63,106 nt of DNA, filler included, from Reticulomyxa filosa (GCA_000512085.1; 15 parts of 15 records of this genome joined end to end with filler, not necessarily neighbours in it), one strand, 5' to 3'. Shown: positions 27,887-40,330, counted from the whole stretch's first letter. Program-made: numbers and translations. The notes: a model not told the origin generated them from the sequence alone.

Positions 27887-30266
27887 ATCATCATCGTCAT
27901 CATCATCATCGTCATCGAGATCAGAGAAGTACACGCCAGTGCCAGATAGCATTATCGAAAATGCGCGACACGTACACAGCACCATGGCATCCGTGGACGA
28001 AGTGGAGAAGATGTACGGAGGCTTCGAGACGCGTCTGCCATTGTCATCGGGCACGCAGACGAGTATCGGAGGCACAGTAACAGGAAGTCAGACGTCGCAA
28101 AGTCTGACCGATCTGACGCAACTGGGTCGAGCTCGAGATCGCCATTTGGGCATTCAATTGGACAAGATGGCTGACAATGTGGAAGGACAAACAGTGGTGG
28201 ATCCAAAAGGATATCTGACTGATCTAACCTCTTTCCACATCACTAGTGACACGGACGTGAGTGACATTCGTAAAGCTCGTCAACTGCTATCTTCTGTCAT
28301 CAGCAGCAATCCCAAACACTCTCCTGGCTGGATCGCCGCTGCCAGACTCGAAGAGTGCGCCGGCAAGATTCAATCTGCACGCAATCTCATCTTACGTGGT
28401 ACCGATGCATGTCCGCACTCGCAGGACGTATGGCTCGAGGCTGCACGTTTGCACGATCGCACCGAGGCCAAGAGCATCCTCGCACGTGCCGTGCGTCAGA
28501 TCCCCAAATCGGTCAAGTTGTGGACAAAGGCCGCGCAAATGGAAGAGGACGTGCGTTGCAAAAAAGCCGTGCTGCGACGTGCACTGGAAATCATACCCAA
28601 TTCAGTGGCCTTGTGGAAGGCCGCCGTCGAGTTGGAAAGTCCCAATGACGCACGTATCATGCTTAGTCGTGCGGTTGAATGTGTCCCCGATAGCGTCGTG
28701 CTATGGCTTGCCTTGGCACGACTCGAGTCGTATGAAAACGCAAAGAAGGTACTCAACAATGCTCGCAAACACTGTCCCACCGACCCTGCCATTTTCATCG
28801 CCGCCGCCAAACTCGAGGAAAAGCACGGACAATTAGCCATTGTCGACAACATCATCAAAAAGGCATTGAAGGCTCTCGAGTATCACAAGGTCGTCATCGA
28901 TCGCGAACAGTGGATGTCCGAGGCCGCCAAATGCGAAAACAGCGGCTTTCCAAAGACTTGTCAGGGCATCGTCAAGGCTGTCATTGGCATCGACGTCGAA
29001 AAGGAGGATCGCAAAGATCGCTACTTGACCGACGCCAGAGACTGGCTTAAAAAAGGCCAGATTGAAGTCACCAGGGCCATTTATGCACATATGCTGCTCG
29101 AATTCCAGGATCGCTGGCGTCTTTGGTGGGATGCTGCTATGCTCGAAAAGAAACACGGCAATAGCGATGCTTGCATCGATATTCTTACCAAGGCTGTCAA
29201 GCAGTGCAACAAGGCTGTCAAACTATGGCTCTTGCTTGCAAAGGAGGTTTGGAGGACTCAAAAGAATGTCGCCAAGGCTCGCGAGATTTTAAAGGAAGCC
29301 TTTGAACACAACGGCACCAGTGAGGCTCTCTGGCTTGCTGCTGTCAAAATGGAAAGCGAAAGTGGACAATTTGACGAGGCTCGCAACATTCTAGCTTCTG
29401 CTCGTAAAAAATGCAACACTCCCAAAGTCTGGATGAAGTCGGCTATGCTCGAACGTCAACTCGGCAATTCCTCCGATGAAAAGGCTCTCTTAGACGAGGC
29501 CTTGACTCTCTTTGGCTCTCAACTGTGCAAGGAGAGTGGGAAACTCTGGATGATGCGTGCTCAGGCCAGTGAACGTGCTTGCGACTGGAGTGAAGCTCGC
29601 TTAATTTGCCAAAAAGGAATCAAGTACTTGTCCAACTGCGTTTCTTTGTGGCTTGAATATGCTCGGATTGAATGCGCGCAAAATCGGATCTCCAAAGCTC
29701 GCTCTGTTCTCGAAACCGCTCGATTGAAAAATCCTACCAGCGAAGAACTTTGGCTTGCTGCTGCTGAATTGGAACTCAATGCTGATCACTCTTCTATCAA
29801 CGGCGTCGATCGCAGACTGGAAATTGCCAAGTCATTGGTTGCCAAAGGGTTGCAAAATTGTCCTAATAGTGGTCGCTTGCTTGCTTATGGCATTCGCATT
29901 GAACCGATGGCCACAAAAAAAGGCAAATGTGTCCTGGCCATCAAAGCGCTCAAAAATGACGTTCATGTCTTCACTGAAGTGGCGAGGTTCTTTTGGCAAT
30001 GTCGCAAAATTAAACAGGCAAAAGACTGGTTTGAAAGAGCCGTTGCTGCGGGACCTGACTGGGGAGACGCATGGGCCCATTACTTGAAATTCATTCAACA
30101 ATATGGTACTCCACAACAACAAAAAGATGTTATTGAACGCTGTGTTAGTGCAAATCCAAAACATGGACAAATGTGGACAAAAGTTTCCAAGCGAATTGAA
30201 CAAGAATCTCTCACTACTGAAGATATCTTATCTTCTGTCACAAAACAACACATTGAGAGTGTCTAA
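27887..30266 (+). CDS. PRPF6: Pre-mRNA splicing factor Prp6/PRPF6 (HAT/TPR repeats), 5' partial
   Basis: TPVPDS, GQTVVDPKGYLTDL, SDIRKARQLLSSV..NPKHSPGWIAAARLEE, DWGDAWA, PKHGQMW. Confidence 0.97.
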
Positions 30267-31032
30267 CATTTGTTGTTATTACTGTCCTTTTTTTTTTTTC
30301 CCTCCTCCTTTGGCATCCAATGAATTTGTTTTCGTAAGCTCTAACAATACGCTTTCCTAAACTTTAAATTTGAATTTGGTTTGTGGAGGACGAAAAAAAA
30401 TTCAACCAGCTGTTTCATACACCAATTAATTTTTTCATTAAAAATCCAAGTAATAAAATATTTTTTCATGCATTTGCAGTTTCTTGGCTCAGCTGCAAAA
30501 AATATCACTCTAAGAAATAAAGTTTTTTGGGCGTCTCTTTAAAAAAAAAGGGTGTCACTGAACGTTAAGTGAAATATGACGGTCGCTCTTTCGAGCAAAC
30601 TTCAGTAAAACAAAAATGATTTAAACAAAAGACCTAAAAGACATGAAGAGAAGTGAAAGACAAGTAAGTGTTGGCAAAAAAGAGTTCTCAGGCTCAAACA
30701 GCTACCTTGCACTAGGCCTTGCCCTTGTAAATAATTTTTTTGTTGTCATTACGGTTGTCATATTACCATTTTTTAAACATTTAAGTTATTGTTAATAATT
30801 GTACTTAAACTCATTGCTCTTGTTAGAAGCCAATTGTTTTTGCCCGAATACGTTTTAGTATCAATTGAATGTTTTTGAACCTGCAAGTGTCATTAAATGA
30901 AAAAAAATAGCTGTTACAACAATTCATCACCAACAGCAATACAAATAACACGCTGCTTACATAACAATCACAGGAAAAAGACAGTAGGGAAAAAAAAAGT
31001 GTTTAATATGTATAATATTTTATTTACGACAA

Positions 31033-31772
31033 TCATTTGAAATTAGGTTTCAAAAGGTCAGTCATTGCTTTAATGAAAATATTAATGTCATTTTCATTAA
31101 CGTGCAAATGCGGTGAAACTCGGATAGAATTTCCGCGAATTGACACATACACATTCTTGGTCTTCAATGTTTCAATAATTTTCTCACCCTTGATGATAGT
31201 TTCGTCAAACCGTATGCCAAGCATATGTCCCCCTCTGTTTCGTGGAGGAGCCACGTCACAGCCAATTTTTACCTAAACATAGCACATAATATTGCGTATA
31301 CTCAAATATACGAAAGTAAAGCAATACATATATAAAGCTATACAAACCATTTCTTTGGTAATTTCAGTATTCCAAGCTGACAAAGTCTGATAAATGGACT
31401 CGACTTTCCAATCCAATATTTGTTGCAAGGCAGCGGTGGCCATTGGCATTAAATGCAATTGAGACCTTTGGCCGACATCGAAGCGAATAGCACCAGGTTG
31501 GAACTCGGTTTGATATTTTGCCAAATTGGCAAAGTCTCGCGATTTGTTGCGAGTAATCCAATTGTATTCCAAAGGCTCATCATTTTGATGCTTTCCACAA
31601 AACAGAACAAAAGTAAAACAAAGAACAAGCTAACATCACACTACTTGTAAATTGCTATGTTGTGATGTGTCAATTGAGATTCAAAAACTTGTGGTGCCAC
31701 GTACATCCACGAGATACCGTAGGGACCCAATCCCCATTTATAATTGGCACACATCACCCAATCAACGTCCAT
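31033..31772 (-). CDS. PLP-dependent class V aminotransferase (cysteine desulfurase/kynureninase-like), 5' partial; exons 31772-31689, 31590-31348, 31272-31033
   Basis: Spliced product MDVDWVMCANYKWGLGPYGISWMYVAPQ|HQNDEPLEYNW..FQPGAIRFDVGQRS..EM|VKIG..GHMLGI..VSIRGNSIRVSPHLH. The PLP lysine lies in the YKW motif. Introns 31591-31688 and 31273-31347 are GT-AG. Confidence 0.88.
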
Positions 31773-31822
31773 CTTTTTTTTGTTGTTGTTTATTTATTTG
31801 TATCAAAAACAAGACTTACATA

Positions 31823-31863
<41 letters not shown>

Positions 31864-31963
31864 NNNNNNNNNNNNNNNNNNNNNNNNNNNNNNNNNNNNN
31901 NNNNNNNTTAATTAATTAANNNNNNNNNNNNNNNNNNNNNNNNNNNNNNNNNNNNNNNNNNNN

Positions 31964-32142
31964 AGCATGAACTGCTTGAGTTTATGCTTTTGCGTGAATC
32001 GGACATAGAACGTATCCGGACATGTAGGAAACACTTCGCCATCAGCAGGAGACACTTTACGGGTGATGGGATGTGCGCTGGCTAAGCTTGGCCACAACAC
32101 TAAAGCTGTGGTCACTATATACAGCAGTTTTTTAAGACGCAT
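31964..32142 (-). CDS. copC: Bacterial periplasmic copper-binding CopC-like protein, 3' partial
   Basis: Signal peptide ending ASA-H (N-terminal His), then SPADG..P..VRF; AGGAGG Shine-Dalgarno just upstream. Confidence 0.65.
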
Positions 32143-32143
32143 A

Positions 32144-32161
32144 AATCCTCCTTTGAGGATT
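32144..32161 (-). promoter_or_regulatory. Hairpin overlapping the copC Shine-Dalgarno
   Basis: Minus strand AATCCTC-AAAG-GAGGATT immediately before T-ATG. Confidence 0.45.
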
Positions 32162-32370
32162 AAAACGCAGCTTTCACTGCATTCGTTAAAATACTCGCTA
32201 GACCGGAATGAGTCGGCGCTAGGCAGGTTGAGCAGTCGATGGTGATCTGAATATTTTTACAACAACGTAAGTCAGCAACTGATAAAATTTTTTTACACAA
32301 AGATCGTGATCCGATAAACAAAATTGAGACATCGTTCATAAGTTCTGGGGACTATTTGTTTACGTGTGAC

Positions 32371-33018
32371 TCAATTGTTTTTATCACTTGAAGTCGACAC
32401 TGCAACTGTGGCTTGCCTACTTCGCCATGCTTCAGTGATCACCTGCCAGGATGAATACAAAAACAAGCACGCAATCACAACACCCACCATCACATCAGGC
32501 CAGAATGAGCCAGTAGCAGCCACAAGAACTGCCGCAACAATCACGCTGATATTGGCGATAAGGTCATTTCTCGAACATAGCCAGGTTGATCGCATATTAA
32601 GGTCGTCACGCCGATGACGATACAGATACAAAAAGGAAACTGCGTTTGCTGCGAGAGCAAGGAGGGCTAGACCTCCCATCCATTCTGCATCGGGTATGGT
32701 GCCAAGCGTCGTTTTGTACCAGGCATCAATAATCACGACAAGCCCAAACACCAACATAAAGATACCTTTGGCAAGCGCTGCACCGGCACGTGCCCGCTGG
32801 CTACGATGCAATACAAAAAGGGTGAGAGCATAGACAGAAGCATCGCCGAACATATCCAGCGAATCGCCGAGCAATGCTGTCGAGCGGATAAGCCAGCCGC
32901 CTGTAAACTCAACAATAAACATCAACGCGTTAATAGCGAACACGATGTAGAGTACCCGCTCTTGCGGGGATCTTAATTTTGCCAACTCATCAGATTTCTT
33001 TTCGCAGCAGTTATCCAT
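32371..33018 (-). CDS. Bacterial cation diffusion facilitator (CzcD-like, lacking C-terminal domain) metal exporter
   Basis: MDNCC.., INALMFIVEF, STALLGDSLDMFGDA, DDLNMRSTWLCSRND, WPD; no introns, higher GC than flanking contigs. Confidence 0.92.
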   Translation of the reverse strand: MDNCCEKKSDELAKLRSPQERVLYIVFAINALMFIVEFTGGWLIRSTALLGDSLDMFGDASVYALTLFVLHRSQRARAGAALAKGIFMLVFGLVVIIDAWYKTTLGTIPDAEWMGGLALLALAANAVSFLYLYRHRRDDLNMRSTWLCSRNDLIANISVIVAAVLVAATGSFWPDVMVGVVIACLFLYSSWQVITEAWRSRQATVAVSTSSDKNN

Positions 33019-33061
33019 CAGGTATTTTCCAGCATGATCAGTCAACTCGCATATTGATTTA

Positions 33062-33086
33062 ATATGAACCCGATCTGGGTTCATAT
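33062..33086. promoter_or_regulatory. Perfect inverted repeat upstream of the CDF gene (operator or terminator)
   Basis: ATATGAACCC-GATCT-GGGTTCATAT: 10-bp arms, 5-bp spacer, ~45 bp from the start codon. Confidence 0.55.
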
Positions 33087-33239
33087 CAGCCNNNNNNNNN
33101 NNNNNNNNNNNNNNNNNNNNNNNNNNNNNNNNNNNTTAATTAATTAANNNNNNNNNNNNNNNNNNNNNNNNNNNNNNNNNNNNNNNNNNNNAGCCACAAA
33201 AACATAGATCGAACGAGGAACGAAATTGCAGAAGATTCA

Positions 33240-33485
33240 ACCACGAAAGAAAGCCATATGAGAAGTACCTCAAGAAGAGCCACAGGAATGATCGCAGGAA
33301 GAACCACAGGAAGCCGTAGGAAGAGCCACAGGAAACCGTAGAAGCCGCAGGAAGTCGCATGAAGAACAGCCACAATGAAATGCACAGGAGCAAGAGCCAC
33401 ATGGAGAGTCGCAGGAAAGATATAAGAGCCACAAGCACGCAGGACGAGATACTGGGATAACACGTGCACAGAAAGAAGAGCCACT
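33240..33485 (+). repeat. Degenerate ~12-nt tandem repeat (GAAGAGCCACAG; EEPQ-like coding remnant)
   Basis: Repeated gaagagccacag/gaagccgtag variants with stops and indels. Confidence 0.7.
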
Positions 33486-35439
33486 AAATAAGAGTATATG
33501 CTATCTATTTTTGTTTTCCATTTTTTTTTTTTTTTTTAGTTATTTATTTCCACGCATTTTTTTTTAAAAAATACCGTCGCTTTTTTCAAATAAAAACGAC
33601 ATCGTAAGAACGAATAACACGATCCAACAAAAAATTGACATTCATGATTTCCATTCATTCAGGACACCAGAGCTACTCATTTGTTTTATTTGTAAATTTT
33701 TTTTTTCAGATTTTTGCAAGACAGAATTCTCCTTCTTTTTTGAACACATTTTTTTTTTACATTGTAACGGGTTGCTTGATATTGTAAAAAATACCACTTT
33801 CATTTTGATGAGAAAAAGAAAATACAATAAGAAGAATTAGATAAACAAACATCAGAGTTTGACAACAAAAAAAAATTCACTTCCTTTTTTGTTTAAATTA
33901 CTGCTTTTTTTTCCCAGCAAATACTTTTTTTAGTTGTCTTAAATATGTAATTTGAAATCTTGTTTAATTTTTTTTTTGTGCCACTAAAAAATGAAAAACC
34001 TTCACAACAGAAAGTATTTCTTTACTTTCAATTTTTCAATTAGATAATATTTTGATTTTTCAAATAGTCTTGTTTTACCGGTAAAAACTCCTTCAAATAT
34101 AATGAGGATATGAATAAATGACTGATCAGTACTTAATATAGCAACACAAATTATCCCCAAATACGAATGGGACCTTTGAATAAATCATAGCACAAATTCA
34201 AATCATATGTGACATTCTTTTTCTTTTTTAACTCAATGAATTTAAGTCATAATATTCCATTATCTTCTGCACAAACATTAAATTCTCTAAAAAAATTTTA
34301 TTAATAACAAAAAATTGAGTTTTCTCAAAAACTACGCAACGTAGAAGACTAATTTTTAAAAATATCTATGCATTGAGGACTTTCTGAAAATGCTTAAAAA
34401 AAAGTTGTCAAATTTCATGGTTACGACCCAGGCGCTATTGTCAACTTTTTCTTGAAAATTTTCAAAAATGAATAAAATATTCACATTTTTAAACAATTAG
34501 GAAAGATGAAATAAAAACTAAATTCAAAATGATATTTAAAAACTACACGATTTGTAGATATTTAAAAAAAATTAGGTCTGCTGTTGTTTTTTCATGTTCT
34601 TTTGAATAATTTGAAGTTGTGTAAAAAATATGCGTTCACAATAATCGGTGATCTTGACCTTTGATATCTCAATACAATAATAGCATTCAATCCTTTGCGA
34701 ATAATTTTGTCAAAATTTTCTTTATCTCGAATGTTGATAATTTTGTCGAAAAAACATTGTCTATTTAATTTGCTTTTTAGCTAATTTCATTCATTTCTTT
34801 TGACAAATACATTCAATTCAAGAAATTTTATTTTTTAAAGTTTCATTGAGAGTAAATAAGCAGCAACATCAAAGGAATTAACAATCAAAGTGTTAATGTG
34901 TAGAAGTTGTATTATAACCACAAAGCATTACATTCTGTAATAAAAATTAAAAAATTGTGAGAAAACCGTTTATAGTTGAACAGCATAAAAACAAAAAGAA
35001 AAGCTGCATCCGTCTTACGTATACTGAAAAGCTCCCGCTGGTGTCAATTGGTTATTTCCAATCGAATATGCAAGCAAAGAATGAATACTTACTCAAGTAA
35101 AAAAAAAAAAAACACAATAGAAAAAATAATCAAAATAACCATTTTTCACACAGAAAAAAAACTCAAGTTCCACCATATTCTGCAATAACTGACATCTGCA
35201 AAAAAGTTACACCTTTTGCATTTTTCCAAGTACTGCCTTTCAACGACAAGCCAGTGCTACCACCTTGCCAAATGCATTTACCTTTTAAAGATTGGATTAG
35301 TTTTCCAGATGATACATCCCACAATCGAATGGTTTTATCNNNNNNNNNNNNNNNNNNNNNNNNNNNNNNNNNNNNNNNNNNNNTTAATTAATTAANNNNN
35401 NNNNNNNNNNNNNNNNNNNNNNNNNNNNNNNNNNNNNNN

Positions 35440-36303
35440 AAAAAAAAAAGAAGAGTGGCTCAATTTTTTTTTAAAACAAAAAAAACAAATGTAATGCGCA
35501 TTAGCTCAACCGTTCGAACGGATGCCAGTTCCAAGACGAGTATCAAACATGTTGATATTTTGGCCACTATTTTGTCTCATTCCTTGCTCCAACAGCGAAG
35601 TGCTGAGTGTTCGCAAAGACAATCTTCGAGTGTCTTGACTGTTTCCAATGGCAGCGAATTCACGCATTCCTTTCAAGTACGAGCTCGACGCCATGTTGCC
35701 TTCATGGGCGATTTGTACAATTGACTTTTGGCTGCTATCAGCAAAGGAAAAGGTCAATTCACTCCAATCCTGTTGTTTTTCATCACGACTTTCCTCATCA
35801 TCCGTATTAGCTTCACTTCCGCCGCCGCCGTTGCCACTTGCGGCATTGTTGTTACTGTTACTGTTGTTAGCGGCTGTGCTTTTCTTCGATTTAGTCATCC
35901 GTCCAAAAAACCCTCGCTTTTTCAACGTTTGCTCTTTGGCATCAAACGCATCGTCTTTTTGGTCGTTCAAGTCACCGTTGTCATTACCATTGGACTTGTC
36001 ATTTTCACTGCCGCTTTTCAATTTATTCGAGCCATCAGCCGAACTGCCGTCTTTTCCGGTGGCATTGGATGCACGGTTTCCCGCCTTTTCACGTTCGCTC
36101 AGTTCGCCCAAGTACTTCTTCAAATGCTTGAGACACACTTCCTGCAGGTTTGCCCATACCGCTTCTTTTGAATATTGGTCCAATTTCATTTGTTCATCTA
36201 CCATTATGTTTCTGTCATATGCAACAACAATGGCAATAATTTATATATATATGTATATATGTACATAGAAAACTTATTGTTGAAAGGGATCCACCATATG
36301 AGT

Positions 36304-36339
<36 letters not shown>

Positions 36340-37528
36340 TGTTGTTGCATAGTTTCAAGACCTGGGGGTCCTGGATCGCGTCAAATTGGCGGAGGACTGA
36401 CTGGCAGTGTCCGATTGCTGTTGCTGTTTTGCGCTTTCAAATTCGTGGAGAGCGGTCAAATGGCTTTCCAAAACCTTGAGGAGGGACTGGAACGCGCTAT
36501 TTGTTCCTTGTTGCAACAGTTGCGATTGGTCTTCCAAACTTGGCGCCTGTCCTGGATGAGTGGTCATGTACCTTTCCAAACCAAGCAAACCAGATTCAGT
36601 GCATGCTTTACACGTATACGACCCTACCACTTTCATCGTGAAGAAGTTACAAAATTACAAATGGATAATATTAAAACAACTTTACCGTGCTTGATTTTCC
36701 TGCATTTCACGTTTCAAAATGGTTCGAAACTCGTCCCCCAAACTCTTATGCAATCTTGTTACTGTCGGAGTCGTTCGAGCTAATTTCTCCGTGGCCATTA
36801 CACACGATGCAATGAAGACGATGCGGTTTTGGAGAGGATCTTCTTTTTTTTTTTTTTTTTTTTGAGTGTGTACATACATATGCATAGTTATATATGTACA
36901 TGTATATATGCATATACACATATACATATATACATATATACATATATAACTATGCATATGTATATAAATGACGTACCTTAAAAAACTATCTTTTGTCTCG
37001 GCCAACAATAACTCTCGCAATCTTCGGGAATGAATTTCGTCCATTTTGTTGGCCTTCAAGGTGCTGTAAGTGGGGACGACAATCTTGCTTGGATCGGACA
37101 AGTTTTGCCCGTGGCTTCGTCCAGCAGATGCGGATATCTTGCGACCTCGCTTGGTTGCCGCCTCACCTCGACGTCCAGTGCCCAATCCTCCAAGACCAAC
37201 GCCACCACCGATGCCACTGCCGCCCCCTAGTCCTCGCGCGCCCAAGCCCAGTCCTCCTGCTCCCGTGCCAAGCACGTCGGTGGTTCCAAGACTGTTTAGT
37301 TTACTGTGGATACTTTCAGGACGGCTCAACAGTTTATTGCGAGCATCCAGCACATGGGAGTCTTCGAATGTCTCATTCACCGATGCATCTTGATTTTTCG
37401 CACGTGTTGTGTCACCTCTTTCAAACTTTCCAAGACCGCGTAATTCGTCAATGCCTTTTTCGCTGCACGTAAAAAGTTTCAATATAAACATGTATGTATA
37501 TGTGTAATGGGTAAGTATACAATATATA
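35440..37528 (-). CDS. EXOC4: Exocyst subunit Sec8/EXOC4, internal fragment, multi-exon
   Basis: DPLQNRIVFIASCVMATEKL..RLHKSLGDEFRTIL, YSKEAVWANLQEVCLKHLKKYL and LTFSFADSS are collinear with remembered Sec8 motifs (DPEENS..F..L.KL; Y....VW..IQ..L...L..YL; LFKF). Confidence 0.7.
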
Positions 37529-37770
37529 NNNNNNNNNNNNNNNNNNNNNNNNNNNNNNNNNNNNNNNNNNNNTTAATTAATTAANNNNNNNNNNNNNNNN
37601 NNNNNNNNNNNNNNNNNNNNNNNNNNNNTCAGTCTTTCCATTGATGAAAATTAACAAGTAATACAAGAGAAGGAAAAAAAAAAAAAAAAAAGTACTGTGA
37701 AAAAATATTCCACCTTTTTTTTGTAAATTCTGAAATAACTTTGGAAAATACAACAACTACTAAACACACA

Positions 37771-38513
37771 TTAGCCCTCTTTTTGACAACAATCAACATA
37801 ACATCCCCACGCAAAAAGAGGACAGCAACATGGGCAAATAAGACAAACCAAAAGGCCAAGACAATGGTTCTGACAACGGTAATATGTAAATTTATTTTCA
37901 TTAACAACCCATTGAGGATAATAGCCATGCCCACCTGCATGTTCACATTCAGGTTGAAAACATTTTGTGCAAAATTGAGCACCACAACGACATCGCATTC
38001 GAACACAGCCACCAGTATGTTCGATTAATACTTGACATCTTGGACAGGTCAACAATCCCTCTTCTGAGATATAATCGCGCATTGCTTTTTCTTCGGGCTT
38101 TTCTGGCTCATCATTTTTTGTTGCGTTGTCGTTCTTAGTATCCTTTTTTATTATTATTGTGGCTCATTATAATATATCATCGTAAATAGGGCTACAACTT
38201 GTTTGGATTAAACTTTCACAGTCAGTAATTCGAATGTTGGTGAGGGAACATTTTGATAATGGTTCTCTCTATAACGTGCAAAATTTTCAAAATCAGGTCC
38301 AGTAATATCTTGTAATTCAATATCTATCAGTTCATAGGAACAACTTGGATGAGGGCACTTGACAGTAAACCGAGCATCATACATAGCTGTTACTATGTGG
38401 CTCTTCAAACAGTCGGTATGGAACATATGCTGAGAACTACAGCCTAGTATAAACAAATCATTTTGCGATACTTCCTCTAAGCAAATTGGACATTCTACAA
38501 TTGCTTCGGCCAT
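37771..38513 (-). CDS. RBR-family-like E3 ligase: RING1 + Rcat/RING2 + Cys-rich hydrophobic tail (intron 38143-38213)
   Basis: CPIC..GC..HMFHTDC..VKCPHPSC; a phase-0 GT-AG intron joins it in frame to CPRCQVLIEHTGGCVRMRCRCGAQFCTKC. Confidence 0.75.
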
Positions 38514-39559
38514 AGCAATCCAAGTTTACTAACTGTGGATATGTAGGTTTTTTTAAACAAGGGCCAAAGTGAACACGTCTCTTGACACTGTTCCTGGCTT
38601 TCGAAAGATACAGACAATTGACAATTCCCTACGTAAAACAAGTAAATGTCATCGTAAAACTAATGCTTTCCACAAAATTCTGCATTTTAATCAAATAATT
38701 ACAACGATTTTATGTTCATTAATCTTTTTTAGTTCGAGTGAAAAGTTTTGTATTTTTTGGAAGATCTTTGTAGGTATTAAAACAACAATTTTATTCGGAG
38801 CACTTATTTACTTCAATACTAAAACAAGCACGCCTTAGCAAGACTTTCCAGTTGGGTCGACTTTTTCCGTGTTGTCGAATTTTCTGCAATTAAGAAATGG
38901 TTGAGTTTATCCAACAACTACAACAAACAGAGCCGGCTTTTCAATGAAAAATCTACACAAGTTATTGACTACAACACATTCGTGTTACTTCCCATTACCC
39001 TTTTCAATCTACAGACTGTCTGGTGTGTCCCATCAAAACAATGGCTTCGGCACCATTTTACAAGACATGTTTTGTTTTGATATTTTTTTGCAGCTCGTAA
39101 CAAAAAAATGATGTTGTTTGATGACTACTTGCAGCATGAAAACTTCTTGATACCAATATTTGTATTTGCTTTGGAATATTGTCATAACTGCATTTATCAT
39201 ATTTTATATCTCTTTATCAAGAGACATAGGCTCCAAGATTTTTAGATAACAATTATTTTCATGTTTGATAAAAGGAGCCAATGGTCTTAAAACACATTGT
39301 CATGAAAAAATAATGTAAAGAAAGCTCTATACGTAGTATTGCAGTTTTTCCACGACACCAATATCCTTTTTATAGTTTAAAAGTATGTTCCTCTATTCAT
39401 GTTATAAAAAGAGAAGATTGACTTAATTAAATCGACACCAAATTGTATCATTTTTTAATAAACCCAAATGTGCTGGCGGAATTGTGTGGAATGCTTGCAT
39501 TTCATGTTTTCTTTTGAAAAGATGAAAGAACTGGACTAGATATTTGTAAATTGTTTTTG

Positions 39560-40330
39560 TAACATTGTTCTTAAAAGAAAAATAATTTATCCACAAACAC
39601 GTATGTGTCCATTAAATGAACCATAAATAAATTCAAGTAATATGTATTCTTATTATCTTTCTTTTTCAATTCAATAAATTTAAGACAGCGTATCCCATAA
39701 TCTGTTTTTTCACATTCAATGATATGTACTTGCTTTCTATTTGATCGAATATCTCAAAAACAAATTGTATTATCAGCTGCACAAGAGCATATAATATTTG
39801 GATTAAAAATATTACTATTCGTTGAAAGTGGTGTATATTCGACATCATAAATCAACCCATCATGTCCATTGAATATAGTTTGTTCATTAGAGCGAATATC
39901 CAATAAACGGATACTTTTATCTTTTTGTCCAGATAATATTGTATTCGATAATTCATTTAAACCATATTTTAAACTCATTATAAGACTTGTAAATTTGAAC
40001 ACCTTCGTTTTTTAGCTGTTTCAATATCACATATTTTAATAGTATTATCATATGATTCAGAACAAGTTGTATATCCACTTCCACCACCACACCAATATGA
40101 TTGCTTTTATTATTGTAACTGCCTTGCGATGGTGAAATGCAAATACAAGAAATACAGTCCATATGTCCACGAAAAGCATATAATGATTTGTATGTTTTAA
40201 CATACAATAAACGAATCGTTTTATCATCAGATCCGGAACACAAATATCTACAACTACTAAATTGTGAAAATTCAATTCCAGGAACATGATTAGTGTGTTT
40301 ATTTAATATTTGCAATTGCTTATTATGTTC
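39560..40330 (-). pseudogene. WD40-repeat pseudogene
   Basis: YLCSGSDDKTIRL, FRGH, ILSGQKDKSIRLLDIRS, FNGH, ICSCAADNTICF* spread over frames with stops. Confidence 0.85.

Noticed and set aside
33019-33084. Upstream ATG extension of the CDF ORF
   Set aside because: It overlaps the palindrome; MDNCC at 33018 fits the family N-terminus better
31033-33091. Aminotransferase + copC + CDF as one horizontally transferred cluster
   Set aside because: A spacer at 31864-31963 separates them, so the adjacency is artificial
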